Part shown: positions 43,744 through 53,200 of the stretch, in pieces
Layout of the letters: each line of letters begins with the position of its first letter
How positions within the stretch are numbered: position 1 is the first letter of the stretch
Assembly: GCA_018649885.1 (NCBI GenBank)
Contig: JABIHA010000058.1
Span: 1 to 64,000 of the forward strand
Direction of reading: 5' to 3'
DNA length: 64,000 nt
Source: Bacteriovoracaceae bacterium
GTDB taxonomy: Bacteria; Bdellovibrionota; Bacteriovoracia; Bacteriovoracales; Bacteriovoracaceae
Position numbers and translations under genes: made by a program
Notes under the pieces: generated by a model
What the model was told of the DNA's origin: nothing
The model's database searches: none
Seen by the model: the letters and a program-made list of their open reading frames with translations, nothing else

Positions 43744-44642
43744 ACCACACTCCCTTTTTCAAATTGTGGTGTAATCACAATACAGGGGTCCTCAACAGGG
43801 CACTCCATTTCACAAACTCCACAACCAACACAGCTATTTTGGATATGGGGCCTAAATGAGCCTGTAGAAGCTGAGTCCTCTTTAAAAATAATAGGCTTTT
43901 CATCTTTAATAGGACATTTTTCAAGACATATTCGGCATGTCGTTTGACTTTGCTGGGCCTGCTTGGCAGATTCCGCGAGGGTGTTTACATCTTTAGATGT
44001 TTTTATTTTTCCAGCAATTTCTAATGCCAACTTTTCACCATCACTTTTAGTACCAAGGCCAAATGATGAAATTAATAATTGTTTCTCTGCATCTGTAAAT
44101 CTAGAGACTAATTCTTTAATTGTTTTTGTAAGTTTAATCTTTTTTAAAATTGGGCCTTGTCCTGAAAAACCCAGAGCTATTTGATTAAAGGTATAGACAA
44201 GATCATTTTCTTTTTTTACAGCGAGGCAAGTTTTTGGACTTCTAAGTACGGCCAGGCCCATATCAGCATCTTTCCCCTCAGATAGGTCATGGTTTAAAGA
44301 TCCTGTTGGACAGGCAAGTACACACGGTAGGCCCTTGCATAGCACGCAAGCTTGCTCTCTGGCAGTTATATAGGGTGTTCCAAAACCAAAACCCTGGTCG
44401 AAGCCAGCTAGATTAATGGCCTTTGGAGGACAAACTTGAAGGCACTGTCCACACTTTATACATGAGGCAAGAAAAAGATCTTCATCAAGTGCCCCTGGAG
44501 GCCTTAAGAGTAGTTTCTTTCTTCGCAGCACAAATTTACTGCCGAAACCAAGACCAAAAGTGCCAACAGCGATGGTGACCACAGAACTTTTGAAAAATTT
44601 TCTTCGATTTGTCTTATCTGTGAAATTCTTAAATATGCCCAT
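43740..44642 (-). CDS. nosG: NosG/NapG-type periplasmic polyferredoxin
   Basis: Tat signal NRRKFFK, LRPPGA, CIKCGQCLQVCP, CVLC..PCVLACP, CRICLEKCP, CVGCGVCEMECP. Confidence 0.9.
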   Translation of the reverse strand: MGIFKNFTDKTNRRKFFKSSVVTIAVGTFGLGFGSKFVLRRKKLLLRPPGALDEDLFLASCIKCGQCLQVCPPKAINLAGFDQGFGFGTPYITAREQACVLCKGLPCVLACPTGSLNHDLSEGKDADMGLAVLRSPKTCLAVKKENDLVYTFNQIALGFSGQGPILKKIKLTKTIKELVSRFTDAEKQLLISSFGLGTKSDGEKLALEIAGKIKTSKDVNTLAESAKQAQQSQTTCRICLEKCPIKDEKPIIFKEDSASTGSFRPHIQNSCVGCGVCEMECPVEDPCIVITPQFEKGSVV

Positions 44643-44767
44643 ACTGTAATTGTAATATAAATGGAAACACTTGAAAAGTATCTCTATAGCGTAGTTAGGC
44701 CACCGAGTAGAATTGTTTTAAACATGATAAAACTCAAGTTTGAAGGGCAGTGGAAACTTCTATCAAA

Positions 44768-45247
44768 TCATTTCTTTATTCCCATCTTTTCAAAATGGGA
44801 TATATTAGTTTCATCGTAGTTGTAGCTATTAGAAATCACTCCTAAATTTATTCCGCGGTCTTTCAAGCTGGCAAGTGTTTCACAAAGATCTTCTTCCATA
44901 ACAAGATGCTTGCTATAGATTGAGTTTTGCTTATTTAGAGCTTCTATTTTCTGAGAAGTAGTTAGCACGATACTTCTTTTCTCTAAAAATGGATTAAGGA
45001 AATCCTCAATAGGGTATTCTATTAGATGTTCTTTTCTTCTTGGGGTCACATAAGATAGCCATGGGTTTAAGAATTCACGCTCTAGCTCAATTGGTGAAAC
45101 TGCCAGATTGCTAAACTGGCTTAGATATTTGGCCATCTCGACTACCCCAAGCATTTCTTTCTCATCATCACTTGGACCTTCGTGAAAACGAAGTAAGGTA
45201 TTACCCATATCCATAAATATAGTTTCAATTTTTGGTTTCATGATCAA
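44768..45247 (-). pseudogene. Truncated HAD-superfamily hydrolase
   Basis: Motif I IFMDMGNTL and motif II LGVISN are present; stops at GIKK*FDRSF, and the later KP and GD motifs are missing. Confidence 0.7.
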
Positions 45248-45730
45248 TTTCTCTCTCTATTCAGCTCAAAAAGAAACTCACCTTTAGCACCACTAAAAAC
45301 ATATAGTTTTTCCATGATCAGAAATTGATCATCCCTTTCGTAGGCACCAGTTATGAAATCATCAATACCATCATCATCTAGGTCTCCAATGCTGTGGATG
45401 CTGAGACCAAGGTATGAGAAATCATTAATTCCTTTTGATTGACCCGGTATTCAATGGGATTTTCAAGTCCAGATTTCTTTAACCAACTTTTGTATTTAGT
45501 AGATTTTTTCAACTCTCCAACTTGGGTAAGTAGTTAAATTGAGTTTTTTAAGATGATGGTTTGACCTGAGCTTAACTCACTAGAGGAATCTAGTTTATTC
45601 CACACAGCAATTTTGTCAGACATTTTGATATTTCCGTATTAGAATTTTCCTTACCTCTTGTTCCAAAAGCTGGAGAAATGGCAAATAAGAAGAAAGTAAA
45701 AATGAATAACCTACAAAGCAATGAACCCAT
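45244..45730 (-). pseudogene. Degraded FG-GAP (integrin-alpha-like) repeat gene remnant
   Basis: Manual translation near 45260-45430: YLGLSIHSIGDLDDDGIDDFITGAY..LYVFSGAKG; broken signal-peptide-like frame upstream. Confidence 0.6.
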
Positions 45731-45964
45731 TGAACTATTTTAGCACAGTATTAAATTGCAGCATCCTCACCGCGCTTAATTTACTTTCATGTCCCCAAAC
45801 CTGACTAACTAATTATGTCCGTTATTACTCGCAAAGGGCCAAATTTTTCCTGTTTGGGGTTAATTTAACCTAACTAATTAATAATGGGGATTAAAAGACG
45901 AAATGTTACATAAGAGGTTCGCATAAACCGTGCGCTACCACTAAACACAACTTCTCTATGACGG

Positions 45965-47365
45965 ATGAGGATGAAAAAAGTAAGAAAAATTTCGTTGTTA
46001 TTTATTGCGACCATCAGCTGTCTGTTTGCACAAAATACCAAGCCCGCGGCTAACAATAACTTCTTTGAGTTGGCGGTTAAGGCCCAAAACAATGGGAACC
46101 TATATCAGGCGATAGATTATTACCAACGAGAGCTGTCAAAAAGACCTTATAACATCAAGGCCCATTTAAATTTGGCAACACTATATTACGGAGTGAAAGA
46201 ATACCAAAAGGCCCATTTTGTAATGTCAGAAATTTTAGAGCTAAATCCATTTAATCTAGAAGCAAATTATAATATGGGAATGATGTATTCCAAGGAAAGA
46301 AAGTGGAGTAAAGCAGCAAAATATCTTATTACAGCGGCCAAACTAAGACCAGCAGATTTTGATTCCCAGTACCAGCTGACTCGTGTTTATTCAATGTATA
46401 TGCCTTTTTCTGTAACAGAGCAACAGTATGTGGAACTGCTACAACTCAAACCTGCTGATATTTCAATTAGAGTGCAACACGCAGATTTTCTTATTAAAAA
46501 CAAAAAATATGAACAAGCCGAAAAAGAATATTGGAAGCTACTTAGTCTTGATAAGAAAAATTTTAATATTAACTACCAATATGCAACTCTTTTAGATCTT
46601 ATGAAAGATCGCGTTGATAATGCAATTAAACAATATCAAAACGTACTCCTTTTAAATGAAAATCATAGTCAGGCCCGTTATAATTTGGCCTTTAATTATG
46701 AAAAAATGAAAAATTGGGAGCTGGCAAAAAAGCACTACACATCTATCACTGTGAATGATCCAAACTTCTACCAGGCCCATATTAGGCTAGGAGTACTCGC
46801 TAGAAGAGAGAGCAAAGATGATAAAGCATTTTATCATTTTGATCGTGTGATCAAACTAAGGCCCAAGGAAATTATCTCCTACGAAGAAAAGGCCCTTATT
46901 TATATCAAGCAAGAAAAATTTGATAAAGCGGCTGAGCAATACCTTACTATATCAAGATACCATCCAAGGTATGCTAAGGCCTATATTTTTAAAGGATGGT
47001 TGTTTGAACAACTGGGACAGGTCCTTCGGGCTGAAAAAGAATACCAGCATGCCTTAAAGGTAGACAGTAACTCACTTGAATCATTACTTAGTCTCGTCGA
47101 ATTCTATCATAGTCATGGACGTGTCGATGATGCCAAGCAAGTGTACAAAGATATACTAAAAAGAGACCATCGCAATGACTTGGCCAAATATCGGTTGGGT
47201 CAAATTTATCATGGTCAACAAAGTTTCAATCAAGCAAAGCTTTACTTCAATAAAATAACAAAAGAGTCAAAGTACTACTCCCAATCACAAACTGAATTAA
47301 AAAATATAGAAGATACCATTGCAAAAAATAAAAAGGATGTTCAAAGATTACCTGCGAGTGAATAA
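45965..47365 (+). CDS. Secreted multi-TPR protein
   Basis: Signal peptide, about 12 TPR repeats, C-terminal RLPASE. Confidence 0.9.
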   Translation: MRMKKVRKISLLFIATISCLFAQNTKPAANNNFFELAVKAQNNGNLYQAIDYYQRELSKRPYNIKAHLNLATLYYGVKEYQKAHFVMSEILELNPFNLEANYNMGMMYSKERKWSKAAKYLITAAKLRPADFDSQYQLTRVYSMYMPFSVTEQQYVELLQLKPADISIRVQHADFLIKNKKYEQAEKEYWKLLSLDKKNFNINYQYATLLDLMKDRVDNAIKQYQNVLLLNENHSQARYNLAFNYEKMKNWELAKKHYTSITVNDPNFYQAHIRLGVLARRESKDDKAFYHFDRVIKLRPKEIISYEEKALIYIKQEKFDKAAEQYLTISRYHPRYAKAYIFKGWLFEQLGQVLRAEKEYQHALKVDSNSLESLLSLVEFYHSHGRVDDAKQVYKDILKRDHRNDLAKYRLGQIYHGQQSFNQAKLYFNKITKESKYYSQSQTELKNIEDTIAKNKKDVQRLPASE

Positions 47366-47396
47366 GAGGTAATTGAAAATCAAAAGTAGGTCAGAC

Positions 47397-50051
47397 ATGA
47401 TGAGACACAGTTTATTGATATTTTTATGTACAGTACTGACAGTCTTTTCTTATGCTAAAAGTGAGAATACGACTCCTCAATTAAAATATCGTGTCAAAAT
47501 AAGTGACTCCTTAATGACAATTTCCCATCAGCATTATGGAACCCATCAATGCTGGAAGATTATACAAAGCGCAAATCCACAAATTAAAAACTCGAATCAA
47601 CTAGAAGTTGGAGAACAGCTCAATATTCCAGCTAACTCCTATTGTAACCACCCAAATAAACCTTCCACTAATGTTAAAAATATCGTCACCTCAAAACCCA
47701 CTATTAAAAAAAGAGTAAGCCCGGTAGTTAAGCGCAAGAAATCAGCAAAAAGAACTGAAACTGCAGGAGGTCTTGTCCTATTTAATGAAAAGGGTCAAAA
47801 AAAGAAAATCGGCAATTTGAATATTGGCAATAGGCCAAAAGGCTTTAATAAAATAGCTGTTTATGAAAATCCTAAATTAAAAAAGATGAGAGAAAGGCAA
47901 AGGTTGAGAGTGGCCCTTGCACGTAAAAAAGCAAAACAAAAAAATCTAGCTCATCAAAAAGAAATTGAACGTCAACGCAAATACAAAAAGCAAATGGAAA
48001 TTGCCAAAAAAGCAGAGAAACAAAAAAAGAAGTTAGCGGCAAAACAAAGAAAAATAGAACAACAAAAACAACGCGAATTTTTAGCTAAGAAGAAAAAGAA
48101 GGCACTACTGGCCTTAAAAAAAGAAAAAAGAAAGAGAGAAGAAGAAAAGTTCAAAAGAGAACTTGAACACCAACAAAAGCTAGCAGAAATTTCAGAAGAA
48201 GATAGGCAAAAAAAGCTTGCTTATCAAAAGAAAATGGAGATCATACGCCAGCAAGAAGAAACAATAAAGATTGCCAAAGCAAAAGAATTAAAAAGAAAAA
48301 AACAAGAAAAGAAAATAAGTGAGCTGAAGCACCAAAAAGCATTGGCCAAAATTGCGGAAAAAAAATGGCAAAAGAAGTTGGCTTATGAGAAAAAAATTGA
48401 ACAATTAAAATTACAGAAAAAAGATGAACAAATTGCAAATGAACTTAAGCGCAAAAAAGCATTGGCCAAAATTGCTGAACAAAAATGGCAAAAAAAGCTG
48501 GCTTATGAGAAGAAAATTGAACTATTAAAATCACAGAAAAAATCAGAAAATATTGCAAATGAACTTAAGCGCAAAAAAGCGCTGGCCAAAATTGACGAAG
48601 AAAAAAGGCAAAAAAAGCTGGCATATGAAAAAGAGATCGAGCGAATCAGACTGCAGAAAAAAGCGATGAAGATTGCCAAAGTAAAAGAGTTAGAAAGAAA
48701 AAATCATGAAAAGAAGTTAAATGAGCTTAAGCACAAAAAAGCACTTGCCAAGATTGCAGATGAAGCACAACAAAAAAAGATTGAATACGAAACACAAATA
48801 GACGCAATTAATAAGCAAAGAAAGCTAAAAAAGGCTGCTCTTGCTAAAGAAGAGAGAGTTGCCAAAAGAAAAGAAGAGCAAAAAATTGCAGAAGAAGAAA
48901 GACAAAAGGTATTTGAACATCAAAAAAATCTTGCTAAATTGGCCGAAGAAGCCAGAGTCAAACAAGTGTTACACAATAAAAAAATGGCAATTCTGAGAAA
49001 TCAAAAGAAACAAAAAGAAAGAGAAACAAAGAAATACGAGGCACTTGCAAAGACAGAAGAGGCAAAGAGGATAAGAGAAGAAGAGCATAAAAGTGAAAGA
49101 GAACACAAAAAATCATTAGCAAAAATATCAGAGATGGCAAGACTCAAAAAGGAAGCGGGAATTGAAAGAAAAGAACGTGAGATATTGGCAAAAAAAGAAG
49201 AAGAGAGAATAAAAGAGTTAGAATATAAAAAATCACTTGCAAAAATTGCTGAAGATGCAAGACTAAAGAAAATAGAGCAAGTTGAACAGGCCAAGATAAG
49301 ACTTCTACAGATAAAGCAAGCGGAAGCAACTCGCATAGAAAATGAGAAAATTGCCAAGAGAGAAGCGATTCAGCAAAGAAAAGAACAAAAGCTTGCAAAA
49401 GAGCTTAGTCACAAAAAGATGCTGCTAAAAGTAGCTGAGGATGCAAGACTTAAAAAGATTGAAGATCAAAAAGTTCTCGCTATGTTACTTAAACAAAACA
49501 AAAATATAGAAATATCGCAAAGAAAAGAGCATATAAAAGCACTGGAAGTTAAAAGAAAAAAAGAGTTTAAATACAAATGGGCCGTGGCGGGAGCTATTGA
49601 AGAAAAACGACTACAAACAATTGCTGAAAATTCAGAAAGAGAAAGAAAAAGAGAAATTGCACAACATCGAGAGTTAGCACAAATACAAAGAGAGATCCTT
49701 GAAACCAAAAGAAAGATAAAGCAAATCAAGACGGTCAAAGAAACCAGGGCCTTGTTAAAGCGAACATTGAGAAACTTAAATAAAAGATCTATTGCAAGCA
49801 GCGACTTGGAAGCCCCCTCATACACTATCCAATTAGCGGCCTACAGCTCACCACAAGAAGCACGCATTCTTAGTAAGAAGTTGAGCCTTTCCGGTATCAA
49901 AAATAGGGTTGTAAAATTCAATGAGAAAAACAAAAAACTATGGTACCGAGTTCGTGCTGGTCAGTTTCAGTCTATGAGTGCGGCAAAGAACTTCCTTTTA
50001 AAATCCAATATTGGATTTTTCTCTAAAGACTCCTACATTATCAAAAACTAA
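47397..50051 (+). CDS. LysM / long charged coiled-coil / SPOR domain protein
   Basis: Signal peptide; LysM YRVKISDSLMTIS..ANPQIKN..LEVGEQLNIP; ~600-aa K/E/R/Q-rich helix; SPOR YTIQLAAYS..WYRVRAGQF. Confidence 0.85.
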   Translation: MMRHSLLIFLCTVLTVFSYAKSENTTPQLKYRVKISDSLMTISHQHYGTHQCWKIIQSANPQIKNSNQLEVGEQLNIPANSYCNHPNKPSTNVKNIVTSKPTIKKRVSPVVKRKKSAKRTETAGGLVLFNEKGQKKKIGNLNIGNRPKGFNKIAVYENPKLKKMRERQRLRVALARKKAKQKNLAHQKEIERQRKYKKQMEIAKKAEKQKKKLAAKQRKIEQQKQREFLAKKKKKALLALKKEKRKREEEKFKRELEHQQKLAEISEEDRQKKLAYQKKMEIIRQQEETIKIAKAKELKRKKQEKKISELKHQKALAKIAEKKWQKKLAYEKKIEQLKLQKKDEQIANELKRKKALAKIAEQKWQKKLAYEKKIELLKSQKKSENIANELKRKKALAKIDEEKRQKKLAYEKEIERIRLQKKAMKIAKVKELERKNHEKKLNELKHKKALAKIADEAQQKKIEYETQIDAINKQRKLKKAALAKEERVAKRKEEQKIAEEERQKVFEHQKNLAKLAEEARVKQVLHNKKMAILRNQKKQKERETKKYEALAKTEEAKRIREEEHKSEREHKKSLAKISEMARLKKEAGIERKEREILAKKEEERIKELEYKKSLAKIAEDARLKKIEQVEQAKIRLLQIKQAEATRIENEKIAKREAIQQRKEQKLAKELSHKKMLLKVAEDARLKKIEDQKVLAMLLKQNKNIEISQRKEHIKALEVKRKKEFKYKWAVAGAIEEKRLQTIAENSERERKREIAQHRELAQIQREILETKRKIKQIKTVKETRALLKRTLRNLNKRSIASSDLEAPSYTIQLAAYSSPQEARILSKKLSLSGIKNRVVKFNEKNKKLWYRVRAGQFQSMSAAKNFLLKSNIGFFSKDSYIIKN
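48339..48640 (+). repeat. 120-bp (40-aa) internal coding repeat, about 2.5 copies
   Basis: gc(a/g)(t/c)tggccaaaattg starts at 48339, 48459 and 48579 (ALAKI.E.K.QKKLAYEK.IE). Confidence 0.9.
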
Positions 50052-50226
50052 ATATACCTCTCAGGCCAAATAGAATTAGTCGATTCTATAGGTATTTAAA
50101 ATTATTTAGAAGTATTAATTTATCCTTATTTGCAAACATAGGTTGCCACCTTTGATAAATAGGCACCAAAGCACTCACTTGTAATCTCTCAAATTCCAAT
50201 CACTTATATTTTTTTATTAATCCACC

Positions 50227-50276
50227 ACTCCCCTGTATTAGTATGTATTAAACTCCCCTGTATTAGTATGTATTAA
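50227..50276 (+). repeat. Exact 25-bp tandem duplication just upstream of the giant lipoprotein gene
   Basis: ACTCCCCTGTATTAGTATGTATTAA x2. Confidence 0.95.
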
Positions 50277-50292
50277 AAGGACATGAGATTAT

Positions 50293-53200
50293 ATGAATCT
50301 AGTGAGACTTACTCTCATGAGCATGATGCTCCTATTTTATTCATGCATAATTAAGGATGGTTACAAAGACATTACGGGAGGCGGAAGCACCTCTTCAAGC
50401 TCAAGCGCTCTTCTATCAGGATCAATTTCACCTTTTTCTGGGCTCATTGCCCACAAATCTCACCCTCTAAATCCTTTTAGTTCTGCATGGGCTGCAACTT
50501 GCGCTGGAGTAGTTGAAGCAAAGCTTTATTTGCTCGATTCAAACGGACAAGCAACTGGTAGTGCTCTAGCAACTTCGAGCGTTGGATCAGATGCAGCGTA
50601 TAGTTTTGATTTTACTTCTCTGGGAATTACTGTTGGTTCAAAAGTTACTCACGTAGTTGAAGTTACTGGCTGTACTGAAGTTCTCTCACTTCCTGTAACT
50701 GGTACAGGATCAAATAATATTGACTACACAACAACCCTTATGAGTTTTTCAGGTGGAACCATCAACCTCAAAAATGTAGATACCTCTTCCCTAAAAACCT
50801 TTATGGGAAATGTCTCAGGTGCCACCCTTACTGGTGTATATAATAATATCAATGGAGACGCAGGCCTCAGTGCAAGCTTTTTATCCGTTTTTGGACAGGC
50901 CCACACAAAAATTTTAAACGCTCCTCCCAAATTAAATTCTGTTACCATTCCAACCACCATTGCAGAGGGAACACTATCTGCTTTCCAGGCAAGTGCCTTT
51001 CACTTTGCAGGTGGCTATGATCTCAAGTACCGGTGGGTTCTCGATGGAAGTACTGTATCAAATGCTGCCACTTGGAACTGGACTCCAGGAAAGAACCAAC
51101 AGGGCGCACATACAGTTCAGCTCTTTATGGGCCAAAATAATGATGGAGGTGATGTTGATATAGCAAAAGATCATCTCATTAAGGCCTTTTCTGTCACAGT
51201 CGCAGATACTTTTCCTGCAACTTCTCCAACACTTAGCTTGACTACTCCCGCCTCATCTCCTGTTACTGTAGACAACTTAACTCTCAATATTGCAACTGGT
51301 GCAGCTCTTGTAAACTGCGCGACTTTTACCAGTCTTGCTATAACAGAAAATGATGCGACTACTCCAGCAGCTGGCGCCTTTACTATTACTTGCTCTACTA
51401 ACACAAACCAGTCCCTCGCCCACACATTAACTGATACCAGCGAAGGAACTAAAAACTTTCGGCTTTGGGCAATAGATGCAGCTGGCAATATTTCAAGTTC
51501 AGCTAGCACTTTAAATATAGTCAAAGACACAGCAAATCCTGTTTCATCACTAACAACTCCTACTGGCCCACTAAAAGGTGGATCAACTGAAACAATTTCA
51601 CTTGCTGGAACCGATACCGGTGGCAGCGGTGTTGCCCAAATTGCACTTCATTATGCAAGTGACGGATCAACTTTTGCTCTTGTAACAAGTGGAATATCAA
51701 CAAGTGCCACGAGCTATAACTGGACCGTCCCCAGTGATGATGTCGTAACGGCTAAGCTAAAAGTCATTGTCACTGACGCCGGCGGAAATACACATCAAAC
51801 GATTTCATCGGCCTTTACAATTGATTCAACTGGTCCTGGTGCTCCTTCTTCAACAATGGTAAATAGTGCATACACCACGGCGGCAAGTGCAACCTTCACC
51901 ATCACCAGTTGTGCTGACAGATCCGCAATTTTTGTCAAAAGTACTGCAGGTGCCCCACTAGACTCAGATGCTGGTTGGCAAACATGTGCTACTACTGCTG
52001 GGGCCATAAGCTATACACTAGCAACAGAAACTTCATACACCTTAAGGGTGTGGGCCAAAGATGCCCTAGGAAATGTTTCTGCAACTTCAACCGATCACAG
52101 CGTAACCAAAGATAATACTAGTCCCGCAGTCTCAGTAACCGGCCCAAGTGCCACAGCAAGTAGTGGTCAAGGAAATATCACTATCACCTGGACTGCAACA
52201 GATACCAATATAGCGACCAACCCAATCTCTCTAGATTACTCTGCTAACGGAGGAACTAGCTGGACTTCAATAGCCACTGGTGAAGCAAATGACGGCACCT
52301 ATACTTGGGCCTCTCCTGGATTTGATGGAACAAGCTACCGAGTGAGAGTTACCGCTATCGATCAAGCATCACTCACTACCACCTCAGAGCAGTCTTCCAA
52401 CTGGACAATGGATTCAACTGACCCTGCAGCCGTGGCAGCCTCTTTTGTCATCAATGGCGGCAGTGCTACAACCAATACAAATTTTATCAATGCAGCTTTT
52501 AATGTTACAGATGCTCTCACGACTGCCACTGCTTTTTGTCTTCAAGAAAATTCAACCACTCCCCCCTCTTCGGGTGATAGTTGTTGGATTCCCTTTTCAA
52601 CAATTTCGGTCACACCTTCAAGTAATGTGGCTGTGACAACTTATGGTCATCAGCTCCCCTTTGCTAACGGGGGATACGCAGTCTATTTATTTATTAAAGA
52701 CGGTGTGGGAAATATTTCTGATCTCACAAATACTGGTGCTGGAACTGATGGACAAGATAAAGATAGTGTTACCTACACTCCAGGGAATGCACCTGTTGTT
52801 CAGGATATTCTTGCAACGGGCGCCGATGCTCCTACAAACCCTCCAACCTCAGGTGAAAAGACAGTTACCTCAGGTTCTGATCTCTATATCAAATGGAATG
52901 CCAGTGATGTGGAAGACGCCGACTCTACACTCACAATAAATCTATACTACACCACTGATGACTCTACTTGGACCAGTATTGCAGCAGGACTAACGAACGC
53001 CCAAAATGGTACTTGTACAGTTAACCATGGTTCAACAACTGCCGATGACAATGCTACTGGTTGCTACAAATGGACAACTGGCTCCCCTACTTCTTCTTAC
53101 TATCGTGTAAAAGTCGAAGTGGCCGATTCAGCTTCTTCATTAAACTACGCAACTTCTGATTCAATTAACGTGCCATTTTTAAGAACTATTGCTGGCAAAA

